From: Calditrichota bacterium
GTDB lineage: Bacteria; Caldisericota; Caldisericia; UBA6126
NCBI GenBank assembly: GCA_036725105.1
Contig: DAIMET010000002.1
Location: forward strand, 5,534-69,533
Length of the DNA stretch: 64,000 bases
Direction of reading: 5' to 3'
The notes beneath the pieces were generated by a model. The model searched no databases, was not told the origin of the DNA, and saw nothing but the letters and a program-made list of their open reading frames with translations. Positions 63,750-64,000 of the stretch are shown here, piece after piece. Position numbers and translations under genes: made by a program. Position 1 is the stretch's first letter. Each line of letters opens with the position of its first letter.

Positions 63750-64000
63750 TTATACGGGATATTCTGTTTCAATAAGCTTTTTGATATGAGCCATTCCTCT
63801 TTGAATATCTTCTTTGGAAGTAGCATAAGAGAAACGTATGTAAGAATCTCCCTGCTTACCGAAAATGCTTCCACTAAGGCAAGCGACAAAAGCTTTTTGA
63901 AGGAAAATTTCTGCTAGATCCGCAGAGGTTAGATGATATTTATCCAAGATGGGTTTAACATTAACAAATGCGTAAAAAGCACCTTTTGGTTTAATCATGC
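63750..64000 (-). CDS. PLP-dependent (aspartate-type) aminotransferase, C-terminal part only (5' end beyond the window)
   Basis: KPKGAFYAFVNV..SGSIFGKQGDSYIRFSYATSKEDIQRGMAHIKKL is a typical class I aminotransferase C-terminus. The frame is open to the window edge. Confidence 0.7.
   Translation of the reverse strand, partial: MIKPKGAFYAFVNVKPILDKYHLTSADLAEIFLQKAFVACLSGSIFGKQGDSYIRFSYATSKEDIQRGMAHIKKLIETEYPV

Noticed and set aside
1-64000. Search for CRISPR arrays, IS elements/transposases, integrases, rRNA genes, riboswitches upstream of purM and the fol genes, and CIRCE upstream of hsp20.
   Set aside because: I saw no regularly spaced short repeats, no transposase- or integrase-like ORFs, and no rRNA-like sequence. 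The relevant intergenic regions are too short (purM, fol) or lack the TTAGCACTC-N9-GAGTGCTAA element (hsp20).

Overview
This is an AT-rich bacterial chromosomal segment using the standard genetic code. It covers the replication-origin neighbourhood, where parA-parB converge on dnaA. Housekeeping content: purM, rpmF-plsX, tmRNA, an Isf-like flavoprotein, parAB, dnaA, AMMECR1, dCMP deaminase, Hsp20, tRNA-Ser(GCU), rsfS-nadD-obg-rpmA, a CcmF-like heme lyase, yacL-ispDF-accBC, and a folate operon (PTPS-like, folE2, folP, folK). Three blocks are unusual. (1) A decayed ~4.4 kb island lies directly 3' of tmRNA. Its type III restriction-modification genes are dead, but a RhuM gene and a 450-aa helical protein remain intact. 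(2) Two tandem ~3,000-aa secreted paralogues of no family I can name sit beside dnaA and fill 18 kb. Their last ~1.4-1.5 kb are identical at the DNA level. (3) A cluster of envelope proteins includes an exported WCGPC thioredoxin-fold/Ig-like protein, a TlpA-like oxidoreductase, and a 1,558-aa protein with 10-11 Cys-rich repeats followed by cohesin-dockerin-cohesin-like modules. Several of these proteins end in copper-amine-oxidase-N-terminal-like 'stalk' domains. I saw no CRISPR array, transposase, integrase or rRNA. All family calls rest on motif recognition by eye from the translations, and none is HMM- or BLAST-verified. Coordinates of starts, promoters and terminators are my own readings of the sequence.
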